Positions 12,902-25,362 of a stretch of 64,000 bases of DNA are shown piece after piece; positions within the stretch are counted from its first letter, which is position 1, and every line of letters starts with the position of its first letter. The stretch comes from Callorhinchus milii. Taxonomy: Eukaryota. Made by a program: the position numbers and the translations under genes. The notes under the pieces are model-generated. The model saw nothing but the letters and a program-made list of their open reading frames with translations. It was not told the origin of the DNA and did no database searches. The stretch lies in the NCBI RefSeq assembly GCF_018977255.1, contig NW_024704742.1:29948001-30012000 (forward strand), read 5' to 3'.

Positions 12902-13249
12902 GTGGAGTCCTACAGCTCAGTGGTTAGAGCACTCACCTCGCAAGTGAGAGACCTGAGTTCGATTTCCATCAGGGCAAAATACTGGGCAAGTTTCTTTACT
13001 GCACACGCCTAAGTAGGAACCTGGTTATTAGTCGATTGGCAGATTGTTTTTACGGGGGTAATAATTCCTTAAAAAAAAATTGGTCACTCAATCCATGACT
13101 GTTTATGGGACACTGTTGTGTGCAATTGTCTGTCGTGTTTCACCCACAAAATCTATATACTGTATATACACAGTAGATTCTGTGAACTCTTTGACACTTC
13201 TCGAAGACATGATAAGGCGCTATATCAAATGCAAGGATTATTATTATTA
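12902..13249 (+). mobile_element. tRNA-Ala SINE, intermediate-length variant
   Basis: Anticodon loop ctcgcaa; retains aagtaggaacctggttattagtcgattgg; tail ends about 12 nt from the donor of the 47-nt exon. Confidence 0.9.
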
Positions 13250-13261
13250 AGTCATACTTAC

Positions 13262-13308
13262 ACATTGTTTATGTTTTCTGCAAGACTATTTACATAATTT
13301 TCATTCAC
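13262..13308 (-). CDS. MGAT4: MGAT4-family short exon
   Basis: 47 nt, phase 0-2; ttttacag acceptor, gtaagt donor. VNENYVNSLAENINN(V) bridges the flanking exons in frame. Too short for the ORF track. Confidence 0.92.
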
Positions 13309-15593
13309 CTGTAAAATACAAATATAGAGAAATCTTCAAAATCAAAATCCTCATTACATTTTAATAGCTTTAAGACCATTTAACCTATTTGATCTCATTG
13401 GTATCTTTGTTCAATTCATTGAAAGTAGCATGACTTTGTACTATTCCACTGGACTGGAAGGTGGACTTCTCAATAACCTGCCCAACTGGGCTACAATATT
13501 TCAACATTAATTGGACACAGGCTTTGTAGAACGCTGTTGACAAGCAAGTCTGAGCCTTCTTGAGGAATTCCGCTCTTCTATCTGTTTCTCTAGATGTCTT
13601 TGTTGCTTATTTCTTCTGCTGTAGATCAGATGCAATGATCCATTCATGTACAAGTGATCAGTTGTATCCACAAGCACTTTGTTCCCTCCAATCTTCCAAT
13701 CAGGTCTATTCCTCAATGCTCCCTCCCTCCTTCTCACCATTGGTGGCCAAGCCTTTAATCATTACAGATGCCACTACCCTTGAGCACTCTCTTCCAAAAC
13801 CTCGGCCTGGCTTTTTATTTCAATCCCTTTAAAATGATCTTGAATGTGGATCTTGTATTTTGGGCTATAGAACTACTTATTTCTCTCTTCTCTCTCCCTG
13901 CTTGGTGCTCTCAATCATGGATCTGTTATGCATTACAAACCTTTCAATCCACCTGAAAGGGTGTTATATAAGCACAAGTTGTTCTTTTAGCTGGGGATTT
14001 TAACCTGCTGATATAAAGTAGGCAAATCATTTTGTCCACAACATATACCGCCTATTCACTTTACAGTATATTCTATGAAGCGCTTTGAGACATCTCAACG
14101 ATGTGCTAAGACACTATATCAAATGCAAGGTTTATTATTATTATTATTATTATTATACCACTATTTGATTGCAATACAAAAATTTCAACATGCAGCCCAA
14201 GGCATGAATGGTGAAAATGAAAACAGCCAAAAGATATTCCTCAGCCTTTGCTAAACTTAAGTATCAAATATTAATCTGATAAGATTTACCCATGATCAAT
14301 TTTGCTGAAAAAAAATTGGTCACAACTATGACATTAATAAATCTGTTATCCCAATGCAACCTCACAAGAAAATTATTTCAATACAAGGACCTGCTATCTA
14401 CAGAATATTTATTTGGAGGAGGGAGAAAGAAAAAGCAGGATTGCTCTTTCAGCTAGGTAGCAACAAGGGTTCACCACAGTGTTTGTAATATAGTAGTCTG
14501 TTATAAAAACAACAAATTACGTTTGTGTAGCGCCTTTCACCAATGTTGAAGTTGAGATCTATAAAATCCCAACTAGTCCTATAACGGCTAGTCAGCACTT
14601 TCACTGTTAATCAGCATAGGAAAATAAAATGCTGACTGGTGTGTGGGAAGTCAAAATATGCATGCTCAGGAAGTGTCATTGTTGGTGACCTACGGAGCCA
14701 GAGGTTGGCTATTTTGGCTTTCCCTGAGCCAACTGTTTTGAAGTAGTAAGGGAGCCAATATGTGCACTGGATTTTTTTGGGTAAGTAAAGCTTGGGGTCC
14801 ACACCTCAACTGTGCAATAAGTGAACTGGGTAATAACAAAGCACTTTATAATGGGGTTCTTTTAAATTAAAGGTATATTTTACAAAAGCAGCCACTTTTT
14901 GTAACTGTTTGGAGAAATTTTTTTTTCATACTCGATCCAACATTGCAATGAGCAAAAAACAATTTCACCCCCACATATTTATAATTGAAAGAAAACATAA
15001 CACTAACTGAAGGATGTAATCTTGTTCTGCAGACTCAGCACATGTGCACACTGAGAAATTACATTTGAAAAAGAGAAGGCCGACTGAGAGGAGAGATTCC
15101 TGGAAGAGGGACTGAGAGGAGTGAGATTCTGGGTGGACAGTGATCCAGATTACTTAGATAGAATGAGTTCTTTCAGATAACAACTACTCTGGAGATGGCT
15201 ACCCATCATAATGATGTGAAAAGGCAGGAGAATGTGATGGTGGAGGTGGGGGGGGTGGTGTGGGATGGGGGGAGTGCTGACAGAATAACCGAACAATGGA
15301 ATCCATTTGACGTGTGAACTCTGTACAGACATTCAGTGCACAAATCACAGTTTTATGATCACAAGAAAGGTTCGGATGAAAAATGGCCTTTAGCCAATTT
15401 CCTCTCATTCTTCTAGAATGTCCACCTGCAAACTTCCTATTACAGCTTCGATTCAATATCCTGGCCTCCACTAACCTTCCTGGTAACCTGCTGCAACCAA
15501 TTATGACGTTCTGTGTAAAGAAATACTTCTAATGGCCTTAAATTCTAATCAGTGTCATGTGCAATGGCTTTGGTGATGTCAGCCAAGAATAAG

Positions 15594-15909
15594 AATAATA
15601 ATAATCCTTGCATTTGATATAGCGCTTTTCACGTTGGGAGGATGTCCCAAAGCGCTTCACAGAACACACTGTAAAGTGAATTGACTGTATATTTGTGAGC
15701 GAACGCGGCAGCCAATTGCGCACAGCAATGTCCCACAAACAGTCGTAGATTGAAAATGACCAATTTATTATTGTTTTTTGGTTTTGGAGGAATTATTATT
15801 AGGCGTGTGGAGTAAGGAAACTTGCCTAAGGTTTCGCCCTGCCTGGAATTGAACTTAGGTCTCTCGCTTGCAAAGCGAGTGCTCTAACCACTGAGCTACA
15901 GGACTCCAC
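15594..15909 (-). mobile_element. Young tRNA-Ala SINE (short variant)
   Basis: Reverse complement of the 5157 element; candidate TSD aagaat (15591-15596 and 15910-15915). Confidence 0.94.
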
Positions 15910-16084
15910 AAGAATGCGTTTTCTGCCCACTGGTGCCTGTCTTGAAATTGCCCTTCACAACTGTGCCTCTGCCCTATTGTTTTGGTGTATCTTAAAGTAT
16001 TGTTGTATGTTAATGTTTAAATCCCAATTGCCATTTTATATACCTGTAAGATGTAAGACATCTCTTTCACAGTCTAAATGCGTT

Positions 16085-16290
16085 AGCTTATTTAATTGCT
16101 TCTCATAGCTCAGCCTTCAAGGACTCATTCCTTCTTACCCTCCTCTGCAATACTTTAAACCCTGGAGCCCTCTTATTCTGTAGTAATCAGAAATGCACAC
16201 AGTATTCCAGGTCTGACCTGCCCAGGGCAATGTATGGCTTCAATATGACTTCTGGTGATCTTAATTTGATTTGGCAATGAACATCCTGTT
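16085..16290 (-). mobile_element. Ancient CR1-like fragment
   Basis: [27 protein letters not shown] resembles the CR1 ORF2 C-terminus. Confidence 0.65.
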
Positions 16291-16357
16291 TGCCTTGTCT
16301 ATTTAAAACATTAGTTTCAATTCCACAACAATTTGGCTGTTTTATGAAATGACTGAC

Positions 16358-16491
16358 CTCTGCGATGAATACAATTATTACGCAATCTTTCTTTTCCTCA
16401 GGAGATAGCTCATAGATCAGGGAGTCTAGTGTGTCCAGCAGGTAAGTTTGCACTTCTCTCTTTACTGTAGGGACACCTATCACCACCGAAA
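16358..16491 (-). CDS. MGAT4: MGAT4-family exon, start of GT54 catalytic domain
   Basis: 134 nt, phase 1-0; tcttag acceptor, gtcagt donor. [45 protein letters not shown]. Confidence 0.96.
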
Positions 16492-17890
16492 CTAAGATGA
16501 GAAAGTGTGGGGGTGGGGGGGGAAATAAAACAGAGTAATACATTAGAATTTTAACTTTAGTTACCTCTATGTCAGAAAGCAAGATTACTTCAAACGCAAG
16601 AATTGTTATTATTACATAAATAAGTTTGTAAGCACACATTTGAAGCCTTCTTTATATTTCTGCAAGTGAGACAGTTTTGCTCCTTACCAAAGCAACATTG
16701 GGAACAACATTTCACCCACAAAATGCACAGTCAATCCACTTTACATTATATTCTGTGAAGTAATTTGAAACGCCTCAATAACATGATAAAACACTATATC
16801 AAATGCAAAGGCTCTATTATTATTACTATTTATATTATTATTGCTTGCAACATCACTCCACAGTGATGTGGAGCTTGAAACCTCGATATATATTGCCTAC
16901 TCCTTAATTTTCCGCTCCTTATTGTACCAGGAGCACCTGATATTGGAGTTCAGTGCGCAACTTTCTCTTGAAAAACATTAAAAACAGCCCCTTGCATGTT
17001 TTCTGTGCATCCACCAGAGCAGCCAAGAAATGTTAAGAGTTGGCTGGGTTACAGAGTTGGATTGAATTCCAACTCAATTTCAGTTCAATTCCAACCAGAG
17101 AAATTATGTCCTGGCCAACAATTCCCCAGATAAAATTGGTCATTCACTTCATGGCTGTTTTAATTCAATTAATTAAAAACTCTGCCGCCTGTTTTCTCAC
17201 CCACACCCCATCACCCCAGTTCTTGCCTGACTCCTCCTGTGCTCAACTGGCTCTGACCTCCTACACATCCCTCATTCCCTCTACTCCACTACCGAGGGCC
17301 ATGCTTTCAGCCACTATGTCACAAAACTATGAAACTCTCTGCTTCAATCCCTTCATCTTGCCCCCTTCTTTGCCCATCTTCAGGTCACATCTGCGTCACG
17401 TTCCACCACTGTTAAGGCTCCAAGATGCTAATCTGCAGGATATAAATGCAAGTTGTTGTTTGTGGGAATTAGCTGACCATGACTAAATATAGTCATGGCA
17501 CATCATAGTAAAATCCAGTGAACTATTTTGACATGTCTTCCTAATGTAAATGGTACTACAGGCAGTGCTGGGGAGGATCACATTGCGGGAGATGCCAAGC
17601 CTTGAAAGGAAAGGGAGTTTCTCTCCGTATTCTGGTCAATAATTGTCCAGATAAATTGGTCATGCATCTCATGGTTTATTTTTGGTCATGCATCTCATGG
17701 TTTATCTCACGCAAAATGGCTTCCGTGTTTGAACACAAAAGACATCAGTACATTTGATGGTGATTACTCTAAAGGACCTTGAGATGTTTTGATATTATAA
17801 AGATGCAGGTTCAGTCTTCTTTGAAAGCTTTACCCACAGAACATAAATCACATTTTTAATTAAAAAACCCAAGGACATCTTATGACTCCA

Positions 17891-18187
17891 TAGTCCTCAC
17901 TTGTTAATACAGCCCTCACCTGTTAATATAGACCTCCCCTGTTAAGATAGACCTCACCTGTTAATATAGACCTCACCTGTTAATATAGACCACATCTGGT
18001 AATACAGACCACATCTGTTAATATATCCCTAACCTGTTAATACAGTGCTAATCTATTAATATAGTCCTGACCTGTTAATATAGTCCACATTTGTTAATAC
18101 AGACTTCATTTGTTAATATAGTCCTCACCTGTTAATACATTTTTCATCTGTTAATATAGTCTTAACCTGTTAATATAGTTTTCATCT
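17891..18187. repeat. 19-bp minisatellite, about 15 copies
   Basis: Degenerate unit CCTCACCTGTTAATATAGA repeated head to tail without spacers. Confidence 0.93.
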
Positions 18188-19154
18188 CCTCAAATAACTG
18201 CAGTACATTTAAGATGCATAGCCTATTGCTTTTCCATTCTAACTCCTCATCTAAAGATGACAGCAGAGGCCACAGGAAACATTGATAATGGAGTCTATTT
18301 TGTGTTATTTTTGCAAACCCAGGATCTAAATAAGAATCCAAGTTCCACAAATGGGAACTCTTTCCAGTAACTGGAAATATGTCACGCTGACCTGTGGTAA
18401 CTGTTCACTGACGGTTTCTACTTCCTGGAGCAGACATCCTGCACTTGACATTGGACCCCTATGAATATCTTACGAAAAGCTCTTGTATTTTCCCCATTGC
18501 TGATATCATGCTTCCTGGTCAACAATTCCCAGATTCTTATCTCACTTCTTTTGTTTACATATTCAAAGAACTTATAAAAATATTAACCAGAGCCTAGGTT
18601 ATTTCTTCTCTCTTTTCCCAGGGGCTAGTGCTAAGAAGGGATTTAATGCGAAAATTACTCGAGTTAATGAGGCTGTGGGATTGCGATTAGGCAACATGAG
18701 GCAAGGTGACCTAAAATCACTTAGAAATCACGATTCCAGTTTTTGAAACCCTCATGACTGTGTTTAAGAAACTAAGTGAAGTATTGGCACTTCTGTTTGC
18801 CTTTAACAATTCATCAACAATTAACCTTCACGATACAGAATAAATCAGGGGGATGGTTTGAGATACTGGAGCTTTGCCTGACTAGTGAGCATTACATCAC
18901 CTAGCCAGACATCATACTGTAGTGCATAACATTTGTTAATGCTGCCACATTGCCTGCATTATTTTAGAGGTCACTGAGTATTAGGGGAAGGAGACTGGGT
19001 GACCTGATGGGTTAGCCCCTTGCTCTTTTATCTTTAGCGCTTGCTCAGAATACAGTTCACCCTGATCTAATGCAAGTCTGATGTCTGCTGGCTTCAAAGG
19101 TCCTAGGGTGAATTTGGACAGTCTCTACCTTTCCTTCTCTCTCTAAGATCCAGC

Positions 19155-19359
19155 AGTACCCTAACATACACTCTGGGGTCCCCAAGTTTTGGCTCTTGCC
19201 AACCTGTACCTAATACTTTCCAGAATTAGGTAAGCAAGATGCATCCTCCATTCCAACAATCTATCTCTGGGATTTCCATGTGTAGGTGGGATGCATGGAA
19301 TTTTCAGTTTGGTTTGGATACTCTTAAGCATGGTGATGGGTTTTTGTCTGTGTCAGACA
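19155..19359 (+). repeat. Unclassified interspersed repeat, homologous to 46301-46525 (-)
   Basis: Shared ctggggtccccaag...ttggctcttgc, ctatctctgg-atttccatgtgtaggtggga-tgcatg and gatactcttaagc. Confidence 0.8.
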
Positions 19360-19814
19360 ACAACAAAATTACATTTATAGAGCGCCTTTCACGTCGGGAG
19401 GACGTCCCAAAGCCTGCCTAGTCTTTGCCAATGAACTCCTACCATGAAAAAATTGAATTAAAAATTAGGGAGGAAATAAAGTTTAATTTATCTTGCCCTG
19501 TTGTACATCCTATGATGCATTTGTGCACAGTGTGTTTAGTATGACCTTATTTTGCAATTCATATATATGAATTATCTTACTTACCATTAATGCTTCCTTT
19601 TCTACCCATTCGCCACAGTCCCTTACAATTCTCTTACCATTCTCAGTGGGCTGTGGCTTCTAATCATAAATTTGCCAATATCATGGCACTAAATGAGCAG
19701 CTTGATGCAGTGAGAGATCAAAGGATAAATTGGCACTGGTGCATTTACTACTGTTCTGTCCAGATGCTCGAGGCAGTGAGGAGGAACAATGAACTATGAG
19801 CAACAATTAGACAA

Positions 19815-20140
19815 GCTAGGGCCTTGCAGTGCTGAAAGAAACATCTCAAGAGAGGACCTCATAGAAGTATATAAGATTTTAAATGGTATTGAGGAAACAG
19901 ACTATTAACAATACTTCCAAATGTTTTGAGACAGCAAGCTACAGATTTGGAGTTGCTGAGGGCAATTTCAGGAAAGACACCAGGAAGCGTTTCTTTAACA
20001 AGAGTAATTATAACAGCTGGACCAGGTTAATGAGAAGGATGGTTGAGCATAGGACACTGGACTCAATTACAAACAGCTTAAAGCCATAATTGGAAGACAG
20101 TAGTGTGGGTGCTCCGAAAGAATGAGAAAAATGGGCCTAA
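19815..20140 (+). mobile_element. Old CR1 3' fragment
   Basis: Degenerate agagaggacctcatagaagtatataagatt (RGDLIEVYKI-like) and ttcaggaaagacaccaggaagcgtttcttt. Confidence 0.65.
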
Positions 20141-22116
20141 ATCACTTCGCAGGATACACTGTAAAGTGAATTTATTGTAAATTTTGTGGGCAAAATTAGC
20201 TTGTTGAAGGATTTTAAGAAACAACTAAATGGAAAAGAGGCAATAGTAGAAAATGTTAATTGATCATCAAAATGTAAGAGAGAGTGCTGAAAATATAGGG
20301 TAGGGTAGAGATAGGTACTGCAATATTTTGACCTGGATCAGGATGAGGCTGTTAAGAAAAAAAATGCCAAAAGAACTGAACGTCCATACAAAAAGCAGAT
20401 GGAGAGATTTGATGAAGTTACCCACTGAAGCATTTGAGGGTCAACGCACCCTTAATAATCTCCAAAGAAGGTATGTGATTTAAGTCATTGTTTTAGCAAA
20501 AGGATATAAACAAGGATATGTCAGCAACAGGATTCTGAACGGGTATCTGCCACAGCGGCTTGTTAAATCATTCAGCCATTCCTTCCTGAGTGACCCTGTG
20601 AGTAATGGCACTGCTCCACCGCAACATTTATTCATTACAGTCTGCAACGCAGCAGCTTCAGACAGCCTGGCAGCACTCACTGTCTGGGCTCACTGGCAGC
20701 TTGGATGAGGTACAGAGCGTCACTGAACTGTACCACGGCACAATCCGCACCTTCTAGATTGGAGGAGGACAAGTAGAGGAGAAAATGACAACAATTCACC
20801 CATACCCTGGTTCCATTAACCTTTCCTGCTCTTCCCCCATGACCTTTGCTCCATTCCCCGATGCCCCCTCCATACGTGCAGAGTTGCATCAAGTAGGATG
20901 GGTTCAGGAATGGCCTGGGATGAGAATGTTGTGAAATTGATTCCACTTACATTGCGGGGCAGATATCCCAGCGCCGGTGCAGTAAACAACCATGCCTGTT
21001 CAAACTGGCACCCAAATAAGAGTTAATCATAAATAATAATCCTTGCATTTGATGTAACGCTTATCACATCTTCGAGACGTCTCAAAACGCTTCACAGAAT
21101 GTACTGTACGGTGAATTGACTGTATATTTTGTGGGCGAAACGCAGCAGCCAAGATTTGTCTCGAAAGTTGTGCGCTGCGATGTTAATGCCCGGCTGCTAG
21201 ACGGGTCAGGTCTGTGTCAGTCAGCAAGTCAACAACAGTGGCCTGCTCCACTGGGGGCAGAGTTTATGTGTGCCACTAATCACTCTGGCACTCCGAGAGA
21301 TTCAGGAGAATCCATTCCTTTAAGCCAGTGTCCTGAGATAGCCAAGCTCCTTGGTTTACTGCATATGGTTGCCACATGTTGCCTTCCTAAAAGATATCAG
21401 GAGGGAAAGGCCCCTTTGAGGCCAATCGGCTTTTTTGAGGGCCACGCACACTAGCTTCCTCTGCACGGCCTCACCACAGAAAGTCAAGGGAAAGAAATTT
21501 CTTGTGTCACCCTGCAACTGCAATTGAATATAATTGTCCAGAGAAAGCAATAAGCATCTTCAACGAGCAACAAGTACAAACAAATCTAAATTGTTGCTTC
21601 AGCTAGCAACAGGTAGAGCAAAACGTCTCCTACAAGCACAGAGAATGGGATAAAATTTCATGTGACCAGATCAGCACATTGTTAACTCGTCAGCCATGTT
21701 CCCTTAGGTCACCTACAAATCCCTTCATGCCCGAGTACTTCCCTACCTCTTCAACCTGCTCACAATCCACTCCTCTACCAGCCCTTTCACTCAGCCAGCT
21801 CTGGCCTTCTGGGCACCAATCGATGACCCTGCCACTCCACCATGCTTTCAGCCACTACTTCGAATTTCTGGAACTCCCTGCCTCAATCTCTTCTTCTCCC
21901 TGGCATCAAACTGAGATGCTACCCCGTGTGAATGGTGCTATATAAATATGAGTTGTTGCTGTTGTAGTTGGTGCAGAATGGCTTTGATGCAACAAAATGC
22001 CAGAAAGTTGCATATATATTTGTAAGTTTAGGAATTTAAAAAGTCTGTGAATGTAATAAACAGAGTCAGTTGGCCTCGTATTTTATTATAGAAACCTGAG
22101 AACCTGATGTAAAACT

Positions 22117-22860
22117 AACAACAACAAGATTACATTTGTCTTGTGCCTTTCATGTCGGGAGGACGTTCCAAGGTGCTGGACAGAGTACAGTATTTCAGAC
22201 CCGAGCTGGGGTTAGAGAGGGAGAAGGGAGGGGAGGGGAAGGGGGTTTGACCAATGGCATGGTCGAAGAGGAGGGTCTTGAGGCAGGACTTGGAGGGGGC
22301 GAGGTGGAGTGATTGGGGGATGGAATTCCAGAGGTTGGGGGCAGAGTGGCTGAAGGCTCTTCCGCCAATGGTGGGGCGGGTGGGTCGGAGGACGTGGAGC
22401 AGCCAGAGCCGGCTGAGCGGAGGGAGCGGGCGGGTTGTTAAGGGGTTAGGAGGTTGCAGAGGTAGGATGATGTGAGGCCATGAAGGGCTTTGTAGGTGAG
22501 AACCAGGATCTTGAAGTGGATCCTCTGAAGGATAGGGAGCCAATGGAGTCAGGCGAGAATGGGGGAGATGAGGTCGAGGAGTTTGGTGCAGGAGAGGACA
22601 CGGACTGCAGAGTTCTGGATTATCTGCAGCCTGTGGAGGGAGGAGTTGGGAAGGCCGATAAGCAGGGCGTTTGCATAGTCGAGCCTGGAGGTGATGAAGG
22701 CATGAACAAGAGTTTCAGCGGCCTGAGGGGTGAGTTAGTGGCGGAGTCGAGCGGTGTTAAGGAGGTGAGGGAAGGCAGAGCGGGTCATGGCTTGGATGTG
22801 GGGAAGAAAAATCAGTTGAGGGTCGAACAATACACATAGATTCCGAACTGGCTTGGTGAG
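22117..22860 (-). mobile_element. L2 LINE 3' fragment
   Basis: RPTIGGRAFSHSAPNLWNSIP; tail ggaacgtcctcccgacatgaaagg...ttgttgttg. Confidence 0.92.
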
Positions 22861-25056
22861 TAACTAAGTTATGGTCTGAGAGAAATAAGCTACAAAATTA
22901 CTGTAAAAGCAAAGTGTGGTTCAAGAATTTTGATACGATACTCAATTCCAAGCAGATTGAGTGTTTCAAGCCTTGGGACATCCTTCCGATGTGAAAGGCG
23001 CTATAAAAATGCAATTTGTTGTTGTTATTGCAGGTAAAGGAAACTCCAGCTGGTATCCGGTATAGAACTTGTCCAATTACAGTTCAAGCTGAAACTATTT
23101 CAGTCGGTAGTTTCTACGTTTAGAACTATTTTGTCACATTCCAGTTCAGTAAATAGATGCACCTCGCTAGATTGACTAGACCTGTTGCTTATACCACTGA
23201 ACAACAACAACAACTTGCATTTATATAGCGCCCCTCATGCAGGGTAGCATCCCAGAGCGCTTAACAGTGGGAGAGCACAACTCCGAACCAGTGGGAGGGG
23301 AAGGTGACCGTAAGCACGTTCGAATAGGAAGGTCTTCAGGTATGACCTGAATATGGGGAGGAAGAGATAAGGTATATTTTTAAGCATGAACATCATATTT
23401 AAAAATATATCTAAATGCAGCAGCCACCTGCGACTTGACAGTTCATGTGAACACAAATATCATGCACATTTGCATTATACTGTAGGCCAGGAAGTGGAGT
23501 GGATGAATAGGCGAGGGGGGAGGAAGATAGTAGCGAAATAGCAAGTATTTGCATCATAAATCCAGGTGACAGAAATATATTGCAAGCATACAATGTGCCC
23601 AAATCAATCTCAGGATGGATTTGGCCTAAATGCATGCCTCACTCATTGATCACGAACCTTTTGCTAAATCGACGTTGGTGGCTGTGAGACAAGGTATTAG
23701 AGATATGCATAGATCTAAAGAGATTGAAGGGTCAAAGATGCTCCTGAAATTTCTGTGGGTTCCATTTAAAAATACATGTGCAATAAGTAATATAGCATTG
23801 TGTGCCAAAAGTACAGCCTGGCTCCAATTTAACCAATTAATCTATAAAGGGTCATCTTCCAATGTAATCTCATTTACATTACTAATATGTTTAATCTTGG
23901 GATTCATATATTCTATGGGCTGACACTCCAACACAGTGCTCGGGAGCAATGCAATGTTGGAGGTTCCGTGCTTCGGATTAGGCGTTAAACCAAAGTACTA
24001 TCTGTCTCTTCAACTGAACGTTAAAGATCCCATGGCTCTATTAAAAAAGAGAAGGCGATTTCTCCTGGTGTCCTGGCCAACAATCCCAAATAAAATAGGT
24101 CACTCACTTCATAGTTGTTTGTGGGATGTTGCCATGTTCGCCAATAAAATACAAATGTAATCTTGTTGTTGCTATTCTAAAATATACGGTCACAGCACTT
24201 TAATGCGTATCCTGTGAAGCGCTTTAAGCCGTCCTCCCAATGTGAAAGGCGCTATGCCAAATAAGATGTTGTAAAGTGAAGTAGTGAACGTGAAAGATAC
24301 CATGATACAATTCAAAAGGGGAAAGGAATTTTTCACAGCGTCCAGACTGCACAAATCTTTCAGATTAGTTAACCTAATTAATCTCATTGAAGTTTATGGG
24401 ACTATGGTGGTGCAAATGGATGCCTACAAAAAGTAATTCACAGTAATTAATGTAAAACCCTTTGAGATCTTTCAATGTGTTAATGTGTTAAATGCAAGTC
24501 CTTCCTTTCTAAGCTTGTGGACAGAGGAATTTGCTAGGTTTGCACAAATATTTGATTCTGAAGAATCTCAAACCCTTCATCTGAGCCTTTTACAGCCGTC
24601 TCACACAAAATTGATCTGAACACTAAAGCCACTTTCAAATGGCAATCGCTCTGAATAAGAGGTCATTTTTTATATCAGTGCATAAAACAATTACTTCAAA
24701 AGGAGCTGGAGAAGAAAGCATTGAACGTACTTTATGATGGATATTTCACATAGGAACAGCCAAAACATAATAAGCACAAGTGGTTTGGGTAGAAATGGAG
24801 GAAATGTGATTGAGTAATTCAGGGCTAAATAAAGGGCAATGTCTTTCATGTAGACAATGAAAGGAAAACGACTCATGCCCACTGTCATCACACATTTATT
24901 TTCAGTTTACCAGTTAAGGTTTTCTTTCTAAACCCATCAGTCATGAAGTTGAAGGCCTTTGAGAGTTTGGGGATGATGAAGGGGTTATTATTATTACGGA
25001 CAAGCTGTTTCCCGAGATAGAAACAGAGGGTGAGCATGGTGAAAGTCCCGTTCCTT

Positions 25057-25362
25057 TAATAATCCTTGCATTTGATATAGCGCTTTTCACGTCGGGAGGA
25101 CATCCCAAAGCGCTTCACAGAACACACTGTAAAGTGAATTGACTATATATTTGTGGGCGAACGCAGCAACCAATTGTGCACAGCAATGTCCCACAAACAG
25201 TCGTAGATTGAAAATGACCAATTTATTATTGTTTTTGGTTTTGGAGGGATTATTATTAGGCGTGTGGAGTAAGGAAACTTGCCCAAGGTTTCGCCCTGCC
25301 TGGAATTGAACTCAGGTCTCTCGCTTGCAAAGCGAGTGCTCTAACCACTGAGCTCCAGGACT
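25057..25362 (-). mobile_element. Young tRNA-Ala SINE (short variant)
   Basis: Near-identical to the 15594 and 59068 copies. Confidence 0.94.

Noticed and set aside
17656..17707. Short tandem duplications (also about 27064-27122 and 42559-42588)
   Set aside because: Ordinary slippage duplications with no sign of function.
17891..18187. CRISPR-like array
   Set aside because: Head-to-tail degenerate units with no unique spacers, no cas genes, and a vertebrate intronic context.
21246..21262. CTCF-like motif ctccactgggggcag
   Set aside because: Several mismatches at core positions when aligned without a gap; no other support.
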